NCBI GenBank assembly: GCA_043228905.1
Contig: JBHGNT010000004.1
Span: forward strand, 12,896,001 to 12,960,000
Origin: Azolla caroliniana
Lineage: Eukaryota; Plantae; Polypodiophyta
Direction: 5' to 3'
Length of the DNA: 64,000 nt
Under the pieces are notes generated by a model that ran no database searches, was not told where the DNA came from, and saw nothing but the letters and a program-made list of their open reading frames with translations. Position 1 is the stretch's first letter; each line of letters begins with the position of its first letter. The position numbers and the translations under genes were made by a program. Shown piece by piece: positions 59,978 to 64,000 of the stretch.

Positions 59978-60009
<32 letters not shown>

Positions 60010-63000
60010 CATGCATGCATCCATATATACCTACATTCAAACATTACATCCATGAATATGTATATACATACATACATTACACCCATTTATACATGCATGC
60101 TGACTAAACATAAATATATATTACCATATGTAAATATGTACATACACATACATACATGCATTACATACTACATACATATTAAAATTGGCCATATATATTG
60201 ACATACATATATAGATAATACATACATAAAAATTACATATTACATTTATACATACACTTCCTTACAAACATATTTTATATATTACCATATGTAAATATGT
60301 ACATACACATACATACATGCATTACATACTACATACATATTAGAATTGGCCATATATATTGACATACATACATAAAAATTACATATTACATTTATACATA
60401 AACTTCCTTACAAACATATTTTATATATTACCATATGTAAATATGTGCATACACATACATACATGCATTACATACTACATACATATTAGAATTGGCCATA
60501 TATATTGACATACATACATAAAAATTACATATTACATTTATACATACACTTCCTTACAAACATATTTTATATATTACATATGTACAAATATATATTACCA
60601 TATGTAAATATGTACATACACATACATGCATGCATTACATACTACATACATATTAGAATTGGCCATATATATTGACATACATACATAAAAATTACATATT
60701 ACATTTATACATACACTTCCTTACAAACATATTTTATATAGGGAAAAGTACAAAGATACCCCTAGAAGTTTGTCTATTTACCAGAATGCCCCTGGAAGTT
60801 TCAAATTTACCAAACTACCCCTATGTCCAAAAAAATACACTTTATAAAGGGGTAGTTTGGTAAATTTGGAACGTCCAGGGGCATTCTGGTAAATAGACAA
60901 ACTTCCAGGGGTATCCTGGTACTTTTCCCTTTTATATATTACATATTACACACATTTATTATTATACACACAATAATTATATACAAATGCAAATATACAA
61001 ACCAAACACAAAAAAGAAAAAAATCATATTATATATATATATATTATATACACATACACACATTCCATACATACAATACAATACAATATGTACATACACA
61101 CACACACAAACATAACACACATCACACATGCATATCATATACATGCATATATACCTACAAGCTACATTCATATATCACACACCACACATGCATATATACC
61201 TACATCCATGAATATGTATATACATACATTACACTCATTTATACATACATATTAACTAAACATAAATATATGTACAAATATATATTACCATATGTAAATA
61301 TGTACATAATACATACAATAAAATTACATATTACATACATATATACATAAACAAATGCATATATACATACAAAACACACAAAAATAAATTACATATTATA
61401 TATATGTATACACATACACATACATATTAACACCTAAAGGCTAAGATTACATACTATATATATACAAATCTTCATACTTACAAACAAGTTACATATATTA
61501 CATATATATACACGTGCACGCACATAAATAAATTAGATATTACATAGCATATATTACACAATATTCAAATTTACACATACATAAATTACATATATACATA
61601 TATAGATACGTACATAGATATACATATTACATATGTACATACATATTCCACGTATCACCATATTATATGTATAGATTATACTGGACCATACAAACCACAA
61701 TACTTATATATATACATACTACACACACACACACACACACATTAGATATATGTATACTTACACACACATTAGATATGTATATGTATACTTACACATAAAT
61801 AAATTAGATATTACATAGCACATAATCCATACCTATTACACAATATACAAATTTACACATGCATAAATTACATATATACATACATAGATATATTACATAT
61901 GTACATACATATTCTACATATCACCATATGTATAGATCATACTAGACCATACAAACCACAATACTTACATACACACACACACACATTAGATATATGTATA
62001 CTTACACATACATTGGATATATACATGCATATTACATACATATTACAAACATACATCCATATACGAGCCATATACATATGTACTAAACATGAAAATATCC
62101 CAAAAATATAGATACATAAATACATTACATATATACACGTACATACATTCATACATTTACATATATATGACCACATACACACACATACATACATACATAC
62201 ATTAGATATATATGCACATATTACAAACATATTCATACTCATTAAATCATGTATATCAACATATACATATATGCATACACATACATACATTACATATGTA
62301 CATACATATTCCACATATCACCATATATATATGTACATATGCCTACAATGTTTAAAGTTTTACAAACATACATCCATACACATATATACATACATTACAT
62401 GCATGCATACACATACATACATGTATACTTACACATACATAAATATTATGAACACACCCATGTATGCATAGTACACTATTACACATACAAACATACATGC
62501 ATTGCATATTACATATATATACATATGTACATGCATACATGTACATTCATGTGTGTACATACATACATTGCATATGCATATATTACAATCACATTCATAT
62601 ACATTGAATCATGTACATTGTCATATATATGCATACACGTATGTACATTCATACATGGACATACCTATATTCATTTATATATTGCTACAGTCTACATATA
62701 CATAAATTAGATATATACATAAATATTACAATCACACATCCATACACATTGAATCATGTACATTGTCATATGGATATATGCATACACATACATACATACG
62801 TACATTAAATATGGATATATGCATACACATATGTACATTCGTATATGGACATACATATCTTCATTTATACATTGCTACACATACATACACATATATACAT
62901 TAGATATCTACATAGATATTATGCATATATTACAATCACACATCAATACACATTGAATCATGTACATTTGCATATGCATATATGCATACACATATATACA

Positions 63001-63074
63001 TTCGTACATGGACATACATATAGTCTTTTATACATTGCTACATGTACATACACATACATACATACATACATACA

Positions 63075-63107
<33 letters not shown>

Positions 63108-63527
63108 TAGATATACACACACATACGTATATATATATACACCTACATATAGTCTTCTATACATACACATACATTACATATGGATATATGCAAACACATA
63201 TGTACATTCGTACATGGACATACATATATTCATTTATACATTGCTACATATACATACACATATATATACATAGATATTATGCACATATTACAATCACACA
63301 TCTATACACATTGAATCATGTACATTTGCATATGCATATATGCATACACATACATACAATCTTTTATACATTGCTACATGTACATACACATACATACATA
63401 TTACAAACAAATATCCACACACACACACACACACACACAAATATACATACATTACATATTACATATGTACATTCATTCATTCATGTTTATTCATTGAAGC
63501 ATACATATTTTATGCATACATTACATA

Positions 63528-63563
<36 letters not shown>

Positions 63564-63949
63564 TATTCATTCATTCATGCATGCATGCATGCATACATTA
63601 TGTGCACATACATAAATAACATACATTCATACTAAACATACATTCAAACATTCATGTTTTTTAATTTAGATATTTGCGGCCTCCTCCTTTGCTCCCTCCT
63701 CTTCTCTGCTCATTTCTGCGATTGCTTATTCTCCCCTTCTTTTTGTCCTCGTTTTGCCGCCGCCTCTGTTCTCATTTTGCCGCCGCCGCCACCGCTCGCC
63801 TTGTCGTGCCGCTTTTGCTCACCATTATTCTCTGTTGGGGCTGCCACAACTATTCTACAAATATTTTACAGGTACACATAAGTACAAACATAAACCAACA
63901 CATAAATTCTTAGCCACACACACACACGTACATACATACATACATACAT

Positions 63950-63991
<42 letters not shown>

Positions 63992-64000
63992 GCCATACAT
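59970..64000. repeat. TACA/TA/CA-rich low-complexity tract with embedded 145-166-bp tandem units
   Basis: Microsatellite-derived sequence. Four units start near 60118, 60281, 60426 and 60592; a further ACATTGAATCATGTACATT-anchored set lies at 62600-63330. Confidence 0.92.
60741..60929. mobile_element. Mutator-type MITE (189 bp)
   Basis: TIRs of about 82 bp (60741-60822 and 60848-60929) starting GGGAAAAGTAC. 9-bp TSD TTTTATATA on both sides. Confidence 0.9.

Noticed and set aside
59944-63951. His/Ile/Tyr/Thr-rich and Cys/Val/Met-rich ORFs
   Set aside because: They are artefacts of TACA/CA microsatellite sequence.

Overview
This is land-plant nuclear DNA, probably from a non-seed plant such as a fern (inferred from Tcn1-like and Phygy-like gypsy elements). 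It holds one apparently intact four-exon host gene, WDR26 (LisH-CTLH-WD40, about 610 aa, 19438-24780, + strand), among nested LTR retrotransposons. Left block: copia A (319-16898, TSD GTTAC) contains a Phygy-like gypsy B (3864-14993, tRNA-Trp PBS, 4-bp TSD), which contains an internally deleted copia C (10003-14270). Right block: LINE, gypsy and copia fragments, then copia D holding copia F, then a decayed Phygy-like gypsy H interrupted by a solo LTR, copia E and a Tcn1-like chromovirus G. The window ends in a 4-kb TACA-rich tract with a Mutator-type MITE. The most notable signals are cis-acting RNA elements read from the sequence: a predicted -1 frameshift cassette (G_GAU_UUU plus pseudoknot) after the protease, conserved between B and H; a second -1 cassette and a Tf1-type self-priming PBS in G; a hairpin around the PPT/U3 junction shared by copia A and E; and Pol III A/B-box-like motifs in two gypsy LTRs. 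Lineage names come from motif recognition only; no database search was run.
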